The notes beneath the pieces were generated by a model, which saw nothing but the letters and a program-made list of their open reading frames with translations, searched no databases and was not told where the DNA came from. Positions 17,702-27,669 of a DNA stretch of 57,286 nt are shown one piece after another (within the stretch, counting starts at the first letter, position 1; every line of letters begins with the position of its first letter). The stretch lies in assembly GCA_041665145.1 (NCBI GenBank), contig JBAYJK010000004.1:132434-189719 (forward strand). The letters are read 5' to 3'. A program made the translations under genes and the position numbers. The stretch is from Patescibacteria group bacterium (GTDB lineage Bacteria > Patescibacteriota > Microgenomatia > UBA1406).

Positions 17702-18286
17702 ATGCCGCAACCAGTAGTTTTTGACGTCGAAACTCAGTTCTCTTTTCGTGAAATGAGTAACGACACTGAGAAATTGCGTGTTTCGGTTGCGGTCGCTTAC
17801 GATTATGCGACGCAGCAAGCATACTCATTCACTGAAGACAAAATCGGCGGATTGTTCAGTCTGTTTGAAAAAGCTTCTGTTGTTATCGGATTTAACAGCA
17901 ATAATTTTGACCTGGTGGTACTCAAGCCATACTATGTCGGTAATTTGATGTCGTTCTCGCGGTTTGACCTCTTGGAAAGCGTTAAGGAGAAAACGGGCAG
18001 GAGATATCCTTTGGACGACCTGGTACACGCAACGCTTGGAAAAGGTAAATCTGGGCACGGTTTGCAGGCAATCGAGTTTTTCAGAGAAGGAAAAATGAAA
18101 GAGCTTATATCGTACTGCACCGATGATGTACTACTAACAAAAGAACTTTTTGACTTTGGGGTTACCAATGGGTTTATCTATTTACCAACCGCATTAAGCA
18201 AATTGAAAATCCCTGTCGATTGGAAAAGAGTGATTGAACAAAAGCAAAGAGAGACGGGAAATCACAACTTAACACTCGGGTTTTGA
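17702..18286 (+). CDS. RNase H-like DEDD 3'-5' exonuclease (YprB/RNase_H_2-like)
   Basis: ExoI FDVET, ExoII GFNSNNFDL, ExoIII YCTDDV. Confidence 0.85.
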   Translation: MPQPVVFDVETQFSFREMSNDTEKLRVSVAVAYDYATQQAYSFTEDKIGGLFSLFEKASVVIGFNSNNFDLVVLKPYYVGNLMSFSRFDLLESVKEKTGRRYPLDDLVHATLGKGKSGHGLQAIEFFREGKMKELISYCTDDVLLTKELFDFGVTNGFIYLPTALSKLKIPVDWKRVIEQKQRETGNHNLTLGF

Positions 18287-19185
18287 GATTCCGACCATAA
18301 CACTCCCGGTATTTCGACCAATAATTCCGTAGTCGTAAAATACGGACCTTTCGTTTCGTATAGCAGCTCCGCCGTTTTCTTTATGACATACGAGGCAATA
18401 CTTGCTGAAGTTACGCTGTCATTATTAACGTACAACGAAGCAACAAGCGCCGCTAAAAGATCTCCCGTTCCTCCCTTTGTCAATCCGCTGTTTCCTCCTG
18501 AAATACGGACAACATCGGGGTGGTTTCGGTAGTACACATAGTCTGTTCCTTGTCTCTTGAGAAGCCATGTGGCATGATAATCTTTCACCAAAGACAACAT
18601 CTCTTCAATGGTAAAGTTAGAATTCTCCTTACGGGGAAACAGTCGATAGAACTCCTGCTGATGGGGAGTAAGAATACATGAATCCGTGATATTAGTGAGT
18701 TCTAGTTCCTGCAACGCTCCTGCATCAACAACCCATTTTTTTAATGGATATTTAGCAACAAGCGTATTCACCAAAAAATACGACAACAACCCCTCGTCGT
18801 TTATATCTAGTAGAGAGGTTGTCGCATTAATATACCTTGAGTAATCGTGAGAAACGCGCAGGTTTTGACGACGGAGACCCGGTCCGATCAGCACCACATC
18901 AGCCTCCTTCACGTACTCTTCCAGCTCTTCACCCAAGACAACTATCCCATTCAGAAATCGTTTTTTATTTTGCGTCAAAATATCACGATTAATGGAGTTT
19001 GGTGAATAGTAAAAAACATGATCAACAAAATGCGCCACAAGCTCAGCTGCCCATAAGCTTGCTGAGTGAAACAACTCGGATCCGCCAATTACAAGAACCT
19101 TGCCGTTGTCACCTTTGTGCGATCGGGGTGCCATTTTCTTTATATGCTGAACCGCTGATTTATTGAAATCTTTTATTGGCTTCAT
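18262..19185 (-). CDS. nnrD: NAD(P)H-hydrate dehydratase (YjeF C-terminal)
   Basis: HKGDNGKVLVIGGS, IGPGL, VVDAGAL, TPHQQEF and GGTGDLL motifs. Confidence 0.92.
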   Translation of the reverse strand: MKPIKDFNKSAVQHIKKMAPRSHKGDNGKVLVIGGSELFHSASLWAAELVAHFVDHVFYYSPNSINRDILTQNKKRFLNGIVVLGEELEEYVKEADVVLIGPGLRRQNLRVSHDYSRYINATTSLLDINDEGLLSYFLVNTLVAKYPLKKWVVDAGALQELELTNITDSCILTPHQQEFYRLFPRKENSNFTIEEMLSLVKDYHATWLLKRQGTDYVYYRNHPDVVRISGGNSGLTKGGTGDLLAALVASLYVNNDSVTSASIASYVIKKTAELLYETKGPYFTTTELLVEIPGVLWSESQNPSVKL

Positions 19186-19232
19186 AGATTGTTATTGTAA
19201 CATGTCGTGTGAGTATCCAGTATAATGTGATT

Positions 19233-20279
19233 GTGATATCTCTAGCAAAAAGACTGAGTTCGATACGATTATGGGTCTTTGTTTTTATTATTCTGGGGTT
19301 TGTTGGTTTTGTATGGATTTCCGTCCAACCAAAACAATTGGTCTCATCAAAAGGAATCTCCCTGAAAAAGGCTGTTGTGATTCCTAAAAACATCGAAAAT
19401 ATTATTAGTCTTTCAGGAACGGTAGACGCAAACGAAAAAGTAACCTTACAATTTCAAACATCCGGCAGACTTGCGTGGGTAGGAGTAAAAGAAGGCGATG
19501 TGGTTAAAAAGGGGCAGATAATCGCTTCTCTTGATCAGAGAAACATAAGAAAGAACCTGGAAAAAGATCTTAAGGATTTCTCAAACCAACGGTTATCGTT
19601 TGATCAGTTCCGTGATGATAACAAATCAAAGAATATCGGATCACCCAACACCTATCTTACCGACCAATTAAGTCGCTTGGCAGAACAAAACCAAAATACA
19701 CTGGATAAGACGGTAATAAACGTGGAGTTGGACAGCCTGTCTCTCGAATTATCGAACCTTATTACCCCAATCTCCGGAATAATTACGCACATTGACCAGA
19801 AAGTAGCAGGTCTCAACATTACACCCGCAACAGCCAGATTTGAGGTGGTAAACCCGGACAGTCTCTATATACTCGGAACTGTTGATCAACAAGATATTGC
19901 GCGGATCAAGCAAAACGCATCTGCTTCAATTGTTTTCGACGCCCTCCCTAACAGCGTGCATTACGGAAAAGTCTCATATATAGCGTTTTCCCCTGAAGCC
20001 GGAGATGATAATGCATATTCCATTAAAATCAGCATTCCACAAAAAATAATCCCGCAACTTCGGCTCTCAATGGGTGCTGAAGTATCCATAACCACTGACA
20101 CGCGAAAAAAAGTACTCAGCGTTCCACTGGAAGCAATTATTGATGAGGGAAACAAGAAATATGTTTTGGTATTGGCAAAAGAAAAACAGGAAAAGAGAAG
20201 GGTATTTATCGGACTTGAAACCGATAATGATGTTGAAATTATCAAAGGACTCAGAGCTAATGAAACTGTCGTGTATTAA
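19233..20279 (+). CDS. MacA-like membrane-fusion (adaptor) protein
   Basis: TM anchor, VKEGDVVKKGQ lipoyl half-motif, coiled coil, VPLEAI and GLETDNDVEII. In-frame GTG 19233 lies 6 nt after TATAAT. Confidence 0.88.
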   Translation: MISLAKRLSSIRLWVFVFIILGFVGFVWISVQPKQLVSSKGISLKKAVVIPKNIENIISLSGTVDANEKVTLQFQTSGRLAWVGVKEGDVVKKGQIIASLDQRNIRKNLEKDLKDFSNQRLSFDQFRDDNKSKNIGSPNTYLTDQLSRLAEQNQNTLDKTVINVELDSLSLELSNLITPISGIITHIDQKVAGLNITPATARFEVVNPDSLYILGTVDQQDIARIKQNASASIVFDALPNSVHYGKVSYIAFSPEAGDDNAYSIKISIPQKIIPQLRLSMGAEVSITTDTRKKVLSVPLEAIIDEGNKKYVLVLAKEKQEKRRVFIGLETDNDVEIIKGLRANETVVY

Positions 20280-20290
20280 TACAATCCGCC

Positions 20291-20962
20291 ATGATCCGAT
20301 TAGACAAGATTACAAAAAACTATCAACCGTCAAAAGATGTAGTGGTACAGGCGCTTAAAAATATCTCAATCACTATAAATAGCGGTGAGTTCGTCGCGCT
20401 TTTGGGAAACTCCGGCTCAGGAAAGTCAACGCTATTATATATAATTGGGCTTTTGGAAAAGGCCACCAGCGGGTCAATCTTTATTAAAGATAAAAATATT
20501 TCGGAACTTAATGACGCGCAGATTTCACGTATCAGAAACAAAACAATTGGGTTTGTATTCCAACAATTTAATCTTATTACAAAGTTAACCGTACTCGAGA
20601 ACGTCTTGTTACCCGCAGCTTATTCTGCCTATGGTATCCAAAAAGAAAACAAAGACTATGCGCGGTATCTGCTTGAAACATTCGGCATCCTTGAAAAAGG
20701 AAACTCGTTTCCCAACCAGTTATCCGGCGGCCAACAACAGCGCGTGGCAATAGCACGGGCTTTGATAAACAAACCCGAGGTGATTATCGCTGACGAACCG
20801 ACGGGAAACCTGGACTCCAAAACAGGCATCCAGATCATGGACTTGATTAAAGAAATACATTTAAAAGAAAAAAAGACGATTGTGTTGGTGACACATGATG
20901 AGCATATAGCTCGCTATGCAAAAAGAATCGTTAGAATTGTTGATGGAGGGATCACCACATGA
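20291..20962 (+). CDS. MacB/LolD-type ABC ATPase
   Basis: [32 protein letters not shown] and VTHD motifs. Confidence 0.96.
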   Translation: MIRLDKITKNYQPSKDVVVQALKNISITINSGEFVALLGNSGSGKSTLLYIIGLLEKATSGSIFIKDKNISELNDAQISRIRNKTIGFVFQQFNLITKLTVLENVLLPAAYSAYGIQKENKDYARYLLETFGILEKGNSFPNQLSGGQQQRVAIARALINKPEVIIADEPTGNLDSKTGIQIMDLIKEIHLKEKKTIVLVTHDEHIARYAKRIVRIVDGGITT

Positions 20963-22149
20963 CAAAACTGGGTTTGTATTTTACAGAGGGGATTAATGAT
21001 CTGCTCAAAAATAAAGGTCGCACATTTCTGACCTCCCTCGGAATAATTATCGGGGTGTATAGTGTTGTCTTGCTGCTTTCCTTCGGAGAAGGTCTGAAAC
21101 TCTATATCAACCAGCAATTTGAATCACTGGGTACAAATCTGATTTACATATTACCGGGAAAGATCTCCGGCAGCTCACCAAGTCTTCTGGGAGGAAAAAA
21201 ATTTACTTTCAGTGATTATCGGAAACTTCGCAGCCTGCTGAATAATTCACAAGTAGTCCCGGTGACCACCAAAAACGTCAGCATAGAAACTCCGTCAAAA
21301 TCAGAGTCCACCTCACTCATGGGCAGTACGGTGGATTTTTTCGGAACCCGCAACCTTACACTCACAGAAGGACGTTATTTCTCCCGCAGCGATGAGGCAA
21401 GTGGAAGGAAGGTAGCAGTTATCGGCCCGAAAATAGCTGAAAAGCTTTTCGGGAATCAGAACCCCGTGCGTAAATCGGTAAAAATACAAGGGTTGCGCTT
21501 CTTAATCATTGGGGTTACCGAGCCAAAAGGCGGTGGAGGACTTGGCGGTCCTGATATTGATAATTATGTTTTTATTCCTTACAAGACCGCATGGATTTTG
21601 ACGAATGACAAAAGTTTTTTGAGCTTTTATATTGAGCCGCCTGATAAAGAAAGTATCCCGGTGGTTGTTGAAAAAGCGACCAGATTGTTGCTTGAGAAGT
21701 ATAAAGTGGATGATTTTAGTGTTACCACTCAAGACGAGCTCATAGCAACGATATCCGGCATATTTACCGTTGTCAACAGCGTTCTGGTCGGTATTGCTGC
21801 AATATCTTTGCTTGTTGGAGGTATTGGTATAACCAACATTATGTTTGTAACGGTAAGCGAACGGACAAAAGAAATAGGTATACGTCGAGCTATCGGCGCT
21901 CAGGAGAACAACATTCTGCTCCAATTCGTGACCCAGTCAATTTTGTTGACAACACTGGGAGGAACCCTCGCTCTTTTACTGGCATTTCTTACAAATCTGG
22001 TAATCAACCGCTTTTTTCCTGCCACCATCACACCAATTGGCATGATCCTCGCGTTTGGAGTGTCGTTTGTGATAGGCGTAGTTTTTGGTGTATTACCAGC
22101 ACGAAAAGCAGCAAAAATGACACCGGTAACAGCTATTCGGTACGAGTAA
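20959..22149 (+). CDS. MacB/FtsX-type ABC permease
   Basis: RTFLTSLGIIIG, VSERTKEIGIRRAIGA and PARKAAKMTPVTAIRYE motifs. Confidence 0.95.
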   Translation: MTKLGLYFTEGINDLLKNKGRTFLTSLGIIIGVYSVVLLLSFGEGLKLYINQQFESLGTNLIYILPGKISGSSPSLLGGKKFTFSDYRKLRSLLNNSQVVPVTTKNVSIETPSKSESTSLMGSTVDFFGTRNLTLTEGRYFSRSDEASGRKVAVIGPKIAEKLFGNQNPVRKSVKIQGLRFLIIGVTEPKGGGGLGGPDIDNYVFIPYKTAWILTNDKSFLSFYIEPPDKESIPVVVEKATRLLLEKYKVDDFSVTTQDELIATISGIFTVVNSVLVGIAAISLLVGGIGITNIMFVTVSERTKEIGIRRAIGAQENNILLQFVTQSILLTTLGGTLALLLAFLTNLVINRFFPATITPIGMILAFGVSFVIGVVFGVLPARKAAKMTPVTAIRYE

Positions 22150-22152
22150 GGC

Positions 22153-22839
22153 TTACTTTTTCTTTTCCTCGGATTTACCTTTTTCTTCCTTCTCGTCCGC
22201 TTTGGCGTCACCCGCAGGAGCAGCCCCTTCAGCAACAGGAGCCCCTTCGGTTGCAGTGGGAGCTACCGGAACAGGGATTTCCTCTTTTTGTGCGGCAACG
22301 ATCTCTACAACAGACTTTTCCGGTTCATCGGCATACGCATACAAGTCGTTTTTGGGCAAATCTTTTATTTTAATTCCGGATCCGATGCCGGGTAGGCTAG
22401 CAATTGATACGGTAATTTTTTCTGGGATATTTGCTGGCAAACACTCTATGGTTATTTCATGTGAAAGAATAAGCATGTCGGCTTCACCACTCTTTACCAC
22501 GCCCAATTCACCAACGATTTCAACAGGTACGAGGGTGCTGACCTTTTCTTTAAGATTTACTTTTCTGAAATCAACATGCAGGATTCCGTTTTTTATTGAA
22601 TCTTTCTGAACTTCCTGAATCAAAACAGGATACTCGTCTTTCGCAAGGGTAAGGTACACTAACTGGGTGTTTTTCACTTTTTTATAGGTTTTTTGCAAAT
22701 CAGCAAGCCCCATCTGTACCGCTATCGATTGCATGCCTTTTCCAAATATGTTTCCGGGTATTTTATTTTCTCTTCTTAGTTTTTTAAGCTTTTTTCCGAA
22801 TAATGTTCTTTTCTCAATGTTTAATACGTGTTTTTCCAT
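22153..22839 (-). CDS. rplY: 50S ribosomal protein bL25/Ctc (long form)
   Basis: LRRENKIPGNIFG, ILHVDF and PANIPEKI motifs with an acidic/Ala-rich tail. Confidence 0.93.
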   Translation of the reverse strand: MEKHVLNIEKRTLFGKKLKKLRRENKIPGNIFGKGMQSIAVQMGLADLQKTYKKVKNTQLVYLTLAKDEYPVLIQEVQKDSIKNGILHVDFRKVNLKEKVSTLVPVEIVGELGVVKSGEADMLILSHEITIECLPANIPEKITVSIASLPGIGSGIKIKDLPKNDLYAYADEPEKSVVEIVAAQKEEIPVPVAPTATEGAPVAEGAAPAGDAKADEKEEKGKSEEKKK

Positions 22840-22842
22840 TAA

Positions 22843-25107
22843 CTATTTAAAAGTAACTAATAATAAACGATCCTTCTCTAGGAAGGTATTATACACGAAA
22901 CTGTTCGTATCAACAACAGGCTGAAAATTGGTCTGTAATATTTGCAGATCTCCCTCTGTGTGCATTTCATATATAAGATCATTATTAAGTGACCCTGTTT
23001 GTTTCTGAATAACAATCTCATAATTTTTTGTGTTGATCAGTTTGCGTTGAAGAAAATAGTCCAGGGAAACAGTGACTTTCTCTTGCGGATAAACCTCAAT
23101 AAGTATCCCGATTTTATTGAAACCCATTTCAGTTGAAAGACTGAAATCTGTACGGACCTTGCCGTTTACCGCTATCTTGTCTATCTGAGCATCGGAGGGA
23201 AGCAGAACCTGTAAATAATTCTTGTACAACCCACCCGGGAAAATATTAGGTTGTGATTGATTAAGGTAATCGATAACCAAACTATTCCTCACATCACGGC
23301 CTGTTGTTATTCTGGTAGTCAGGTGCGCAGTCCTTTGAATAAAAAAGTTTGCCTTATTAACACCAAGATTTGCGTCAATTATCGACATGTAGTCGTAATA
23401 ACAATCTTGTTCGATTGTACAACCTAACCGAACCAGCCTCCCTGTCCAAAAAAGATCATCAAACATATTCTGTATTTGTGAGTCGCTGAAATATCCCACA
23501 ACCATCTTCTCATCAAGAGCAGCACGAACAATTTGAATAAATTTTAGAGTGTCAAAATCACCCTCATGCAATCTGGTGATGACGGACCGGAATACTGCTT
23601 CCAAAAAATTCTTTTTTTCCTGGCTCCCCGGGAAAAAACCTTGTTCCGCATGGCTTTGTGCTTTATTAAAAAAGTTTTCCGATGTAACGCTTTCGTCATA
23701 TCCTGAAATATAGAGGTCGGGGAACAGATCCAACATCCTCTGAACAGCGGAGAATGTTACTCCGACAACTCCGTCAAAACCCTCCCAACCAACTTCTGTT
23801 TTAACAAATTGTAAAGCCTGGTTTGCGTTCGTTGAAAAGTCCGCCGAGAATGCGGAGTCCCTTAAAAACCAATGGGGTTGATCCAGTATGCGTCTAATTG
23901 CCTCCGGTGGTTCTATATGTGCTTTTAGCTGCCCGTCAAGGGTGTATACGTCATACATCACGAGATTCTTGAGACTGAAATCCGCAAACTCGGCTGTCCC
24001 AACAGATCCGATAAACCCACCCCCGGGACGGAGTTCCATATTATTCATAAACAATAAAAGAATCTTTTGGGGTTTGCTGAGCGCCAACAGTTCCGGAAGC
24101 CTTGAATTAACCTGGTTGAGTATTGAAAGATGCTCTTGGTATTTTCCAAGTTTATTTACGTACTCTTCCTTAAGCTTATTAAAAACAAGTAGGTCTGTTT
24201 TTTTCCAGCGATTCAACACTTGTGTGTAATCGCTTACAAATCCCCGAGTGTTCTTCTGCACGAAAGCAATGCGCAGTTGCGCTTCTTTTCTTTCAGCATC
24301 CGTTTTGTTCCTTTTAAGGAACAACCTACTGAGAGCGGAGTAGTTCTCAACAAGACCCAATCCTTCGCTCAGCGTATTTATTGTGTTGTGTGTTGTCGTA
24401 ACAAAACCAAAAACAGGTTCGATCCCCGGAACCCAAAACAACGTATTTGATGGGATAAATGCTAATTGCATCTCTATCTGTTGTATTGCCCTGATCTCAC
24501 CGGCCTGCTTACTAATTGTGGCGTAGCTGTCTCCGCGTTTTTGCCACAATCGCCACAAACCAAACCATTCATATGCAAACAAAGCAAAGTAGAGCAGGTT
24601 GCTTAAAACAACAAGAAGTGCCCCGATTTTTAAGGACCATACAAGAACATCTTTCGGTCTAACTTCTTTATGAACAATTGCCCGGGGTATTAACTTGGTG
24701 GAAAAATCAAAACTGTAGGGAATGGGTGTCTTGAACAAAACAAAATCAATCAGCTCGTGAGGTTTTTTATCGGTTCTTCCGATGTTCACTATTTTATAGT
24801 TTATGAGGTTTCTTTCACACCATTTTTTTCGCTCCGCATATTCGTGAGAACTGTAGAAGTAAAAGAAAATTGTTAGTTTGTTAGTTCTAAGCAATTCGGG
24901 CCGGCTTGAAAATACCCCAACATATACAACGAGATCGTAGGACTTCTCCAGAAAACTTTCACCATGCGTATTGGTTGTTTCATAAACATCAAAAGAGTTT
25001 TGTAGTTTTTGCTTTATATAATCGGCAACCTTGTTTTTTTTTGAGTACACGAGTAGCGCTTGTTTTTTATCCTCAACAACCTCGAGCACATACCGTTTGC
25101 TACTCAT
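22843..25107 (-). CDS. DUF4012-like membrane-anchored protein
   Basis: LLLFMNNMELRPGGGFIGS, RDSAFSADF and DANLGVNKAN motifs. Confidence 0.8.
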   Translation of the reverse strand: MSSKRYVLEVVEDKKQALLVYSKKNKVADYIKQKLQNSFDVYETTNTHGESFLEKSYDLVVYVGVFSSRPELLRTNKLTIFFYFYSSHEYAERKKWCERNLINYKIVNIGRTDKKPHELIDFVLFKTPIPYSFDFSTKLIPRAIVHKEVRPKDVLVWSLKIGALLVVLSNLLYFALFAYEWFGLWRLWQKRGDSYATISKQAGEIRAIQQIEMQLAFIPSNTLFWVPGIEPVFGFVTTTHNTINTLSEGLGLVENYSALSRLFLKRNKTDAERKEAQLRIAFVQKNTRGFVSDYTQVLNRWKKTDLLVFNKLKEEYVNKLGKYQEHLSILNQVNSRLPELLALSKPQKILLLFMNNMELRPGGGFIGSVGTAEFADFSLKNLVMYDVYTLDGQLKAHIEPPEAIRRILDQPHWFLRDSAFSADFSTNANQALQFVKTEVGWEGFDGVVGVTFSAVQRMLDLFPDLYISGYDESVTSENFFNKAQSHAEQGFFPGSQEKKNFLEAVFRSVITRLHEGDFDTLKFIQIVRAALDEKMVVGYFSDSQIQNMFDDLFWTGRLVRLGCTIEQDCYYDYMSIIDANLGVNKANFFIQRTAHLTTRITTGRDVRNSLVIDYLNQSQPNIFPGGLYKNYLQVLLPSDAQIDKIAVNGKVRTDFSLSTEMGFNKIGILIEVYPQEKVTVSLDYFLQRKLINTKNYEIVIQKQTGSLNNDLIYEMHTEGDLQILQTNFQPVVDTNSFVYNTFLEKDRLLLVTFK

Positions 25108-26795
25108 CTTTTTTCAACATTGAATAATGGACCAACAATCTGGATATTGGCTGGAGCCCGGGAATTAAACGCTGTTTTAAATTGGGCAGCATCCAACGAA
25201 TTGCCTCCGGCATCACCATTAATATTGACCGACGTTGTCTTTCCGCTTGCAAAATCTGCGCTGACAGAGATTTCCGATATGCTGCTGTACGGGTTGCCCC
25301 CACGCGCCCTGAGTTCTGACTTAACTTTCTCCCGATCCCATGTTTCTGTATTGTAGGGGTTGGGCTTATCTGTCTGCCATAAATGATTGATTAATGACCC
25401 GTCTTTGGCCGTCAACAAAACAACATTAGCGATATCTGCGATTTCCTCACTCTTGAGCCATGCGGTACCTGCATATTCGCTACGGGATCCCCAATTACAA
25501 TAAAACCATGGCGAGTCTTTGTCATACGCTCGCTCATTCAGCTCGGCAAAACTATTTGGATTACCTCCACTGCCGTCAAATTTACCCAAATTCAGAATGT
25601 ATCCTCCATGGGTGGAGGCGTACTGTGTAAAAGCGGGACTTGCTCCATCCATCAAAACCCACCCCGCAGTTTCATTAACAGCCTGTTCCCAATTTCCTCC
25701 TTTTGGCTCAGGCTTGAAAACTTGACACGCCTCGGTGGTACAAATTGAGTTTCTGCGCTGCATTGTATTCAGGGCGTAGGTTCTTGCCGCAACCGCCTGT
25801 GCTTTCAAGAGAGCCCGGTTGTTGTCTGCCCACGCATCCGGTACTTCATAAATTCTTTTAACATAATCCTCTATGGAGAAGGTTCCGTGTCCTTCGACAT
25901 TAACCTGAGTGTTTTGATCATAATCCTTTTTTAAACTAAGTCCTGGATAGTACTCTTGCAGAATTTGTTCTTCGTTCTGACCAGCCTTTGCTCTACCCCA
26001 ACCGCCATATTGATTTAGCCCGTTCCTGTGTGGTGCGCCGTATGTGAAAAATCCAAAGCGCGGCGAAAAACCGGGATCTCTCCCATTTGTAAGATCACTG
26101 GAACAGCCGCGGACAACAGTTCCTGCAGACCGGGGGATGTTCAAGGAAGCCAATTTTTGCGCAACCAACTGTTGCTGACGGGCAACAAGTTGCGATATCT
26201 GCACCTGAAGGCCCGATTGGTATGTACGAGCCTTGGCAACCTCCGTGTTATAAAACTCTTTCTGTTTTGCCAAACTTTGCTGAGCTTCAGCGAGTTGGAC
26301 TTTCTCTTGTTCCATTAAGGTTTTCTTTTCTTCGAGCGCCTTAATAAAAAAAGCTGTTTTTAGAATAGTGTCTCTGTTGCGATACATGCTTTGTTGTTGG
26401 TACAGGAAAGAGCGTGTAGCCGAAGAGATACTTTTTCGTAAAAATAAACCCAATGCGTTATTGACGTATTCCCTCGAGTCCTTATAGTAGACACGCGCAT
26501 TCCTGTCAATAATCTCTTTTTGCTTGATAAGGTTTTTTTCGCCCTGAGCAATTTCATTCTCTTTTGTTTGAATCTGGCTTTCGATGATGACAATCTGTCC
26601 CTCAACGCTCCTAAAGGCTTCTTCGATTTTATTTAAATTTTCCTCTAGGGGAGCTGTTGCTTTGCGTGACTGATCCAGTAATTGGGTAATTTCAGAAATC
26701 TTCTTGCCGATGTCATCGAATTCATCAGCACGGACAGTCCCGTAACCGTAAATAAAGAATAAAAAAAACACACCAATGAGCACCAATCTTTGCAT
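25104..26795 (-). CDS. SpoIID/LytB-domain cell-wall lytic protein with N-terminal coiled coil
   Basis: Signal/TM, long coiled coil, HRNGLNQYG, YEVP and LKAQAVAARTYA...CQVF motifs. Start moved to ATG 26795. Confidence 0.88.
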   Translation of the reverse strand: MQRLVLIGVFFLFFIYGYGTVRADEFDDIGKKISEITQLLDQSRKATAPLEENLNKIEEAFRSVEGQIVIIESQIQTKENEIAQGEKNLIKQKEIIDRNARVYYKDSREYVNNALGLFLRKSISSATRSFLYQQQSMYRNRDTILKTAFFIKALEEKKTLMEQEKVQLAEAQQSLAKQKEFYNTEVAKARTYQSGLQVQISQLVARQQQLVAQKLASLNIPRSAGTVVRGCSSDLTNGRDPGFSPRFGFFTYGAPHRNGLNQYGGWGRAKAGQNEEQILQEYYPGLSLKKDYDQNTQVNVEGHGTFSIEDYVKRIYEVPDAWADNNRALLKAQAVAARTYALNTMQRRNSICTTEACQVFKPEPKGGNWEQAVNETAGWVLMDGASPAFTQYASTHGGYILNLGKFDGSGGNPNSFAELNERAYDKDSPWFYCNWGSRSEYAGTAWLKSEEIADIANVVLLTAKDGSLINHLWQTDKPNPYNTETWDREKVKSELRARGGNPYSSISEISVSADFASGKTTSVNINGDAGGNSLDAAQFKTAFNSRAPANIQIVGPLFNVEKR

Positions 26796-26814
26796 ACCTC
26801 TATTATATCTGTTT

Positions 26815-27669
26815 TTATACTCTTTTTCGTTCAAGGAGATAATATATGGGTGTGGCAATGAATGGAGAGGAATAGGTCCCGACAAGAGTCCCTACTAACA
26901 GAGCAACAGCGAACCAACGAACAGATTCGCCACCCAATATAATGAGTGTACTAAGCATGATTACAACCGTCAGGGAGTTGTTTAGAGAACGTACCATGGT
27001 TAAATTAAGCGCGAGATCTATCGTCTCCTCCAATGTGTGTGTACGTTGTTGTTTCTGTTCTTCACGAATCTTGTCAAGAATAATGATGGTATCGTGAACA
27101 GAAAAAGACATTGTTGTCAGCAGGGAAGTTATGAATAAAATATCAAGCTCCGCCCTAAAAAGAAATCCGAAAATTGACCAACTCAACAACAAAACAACCA
27201 TGTCGTGGAAAAGAGCGATAATTGCAGCGACGGCAAAGCTCCAATTCTTAAAATTAATTGTCAGATATACGAGTATCCCGAGAATAGCGAGTGCTGAGGC
27301 AACAAGAATTGCTTTGATGTTTTCGGCACCAACGCTGGGTCCGACCAACTCAAAACGCTCTTGCTTCAGGGTGTATTTTTTCACCAAATCTTCCGTTAGT
27401 TTTTTTGCATTAGCCGCTTTAAGATCCTTACTTTTCACAACAAAACCCTTGCTGGTTTTTTGAAACAAATACCCGGAATATTTTGTGTTTATGTATGTGT
27501 GTATGTTGTCGACGCTTGTGGCGCGGGTTGTTGAAAATTCAACAAGACCGCCACCCAAAAAATCTACAGAAAGAACAAAGCCTTTTGATAGAGCACTTAT
27601 TAACCCGAACAAAATTATCACCGATGATAAAATTACAAACAACCAGCGGTACTTTATAAACCGGATCAT
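26815..27669 (-). CDS. secF: protein translocase subunit SecF
   Basis: VDFLGG, VGPSVG, HD and SVHDTIIILDKIRE motifs. Confidence 0.95.
   Translation of the reverse strand: MIRFIKYRWLFVILSSVIILFGLISALSKGFVLSVDFLGGGLVEFSTTRATSVDNIHTYINTKYSGYLFQKTSKGFVVKSKDLKAANAKKLTEDLVKKYTLKQERFELVGPSVGAENIKAILVASALAILGILVYLTINFKNWSFAVAAIIALFHDMVVLLLSWSIFGFLFRAELDILFITSLLTTMSFSVHDTIIILDKIREEQKQQRTHTLEETIDLALNLTMVRSLNNSLTVVIMLSTLIILGGESVRWFAVALLVGTLVGTYSSPFIATPIYYLLERKRV

Noticed and set aside
22210-22260. 18-nt imperfect duplication in the rplY tail
   Set aside because: Ordinary low-complexity Ala/Pro/Glu tail of long bL25 proteins.
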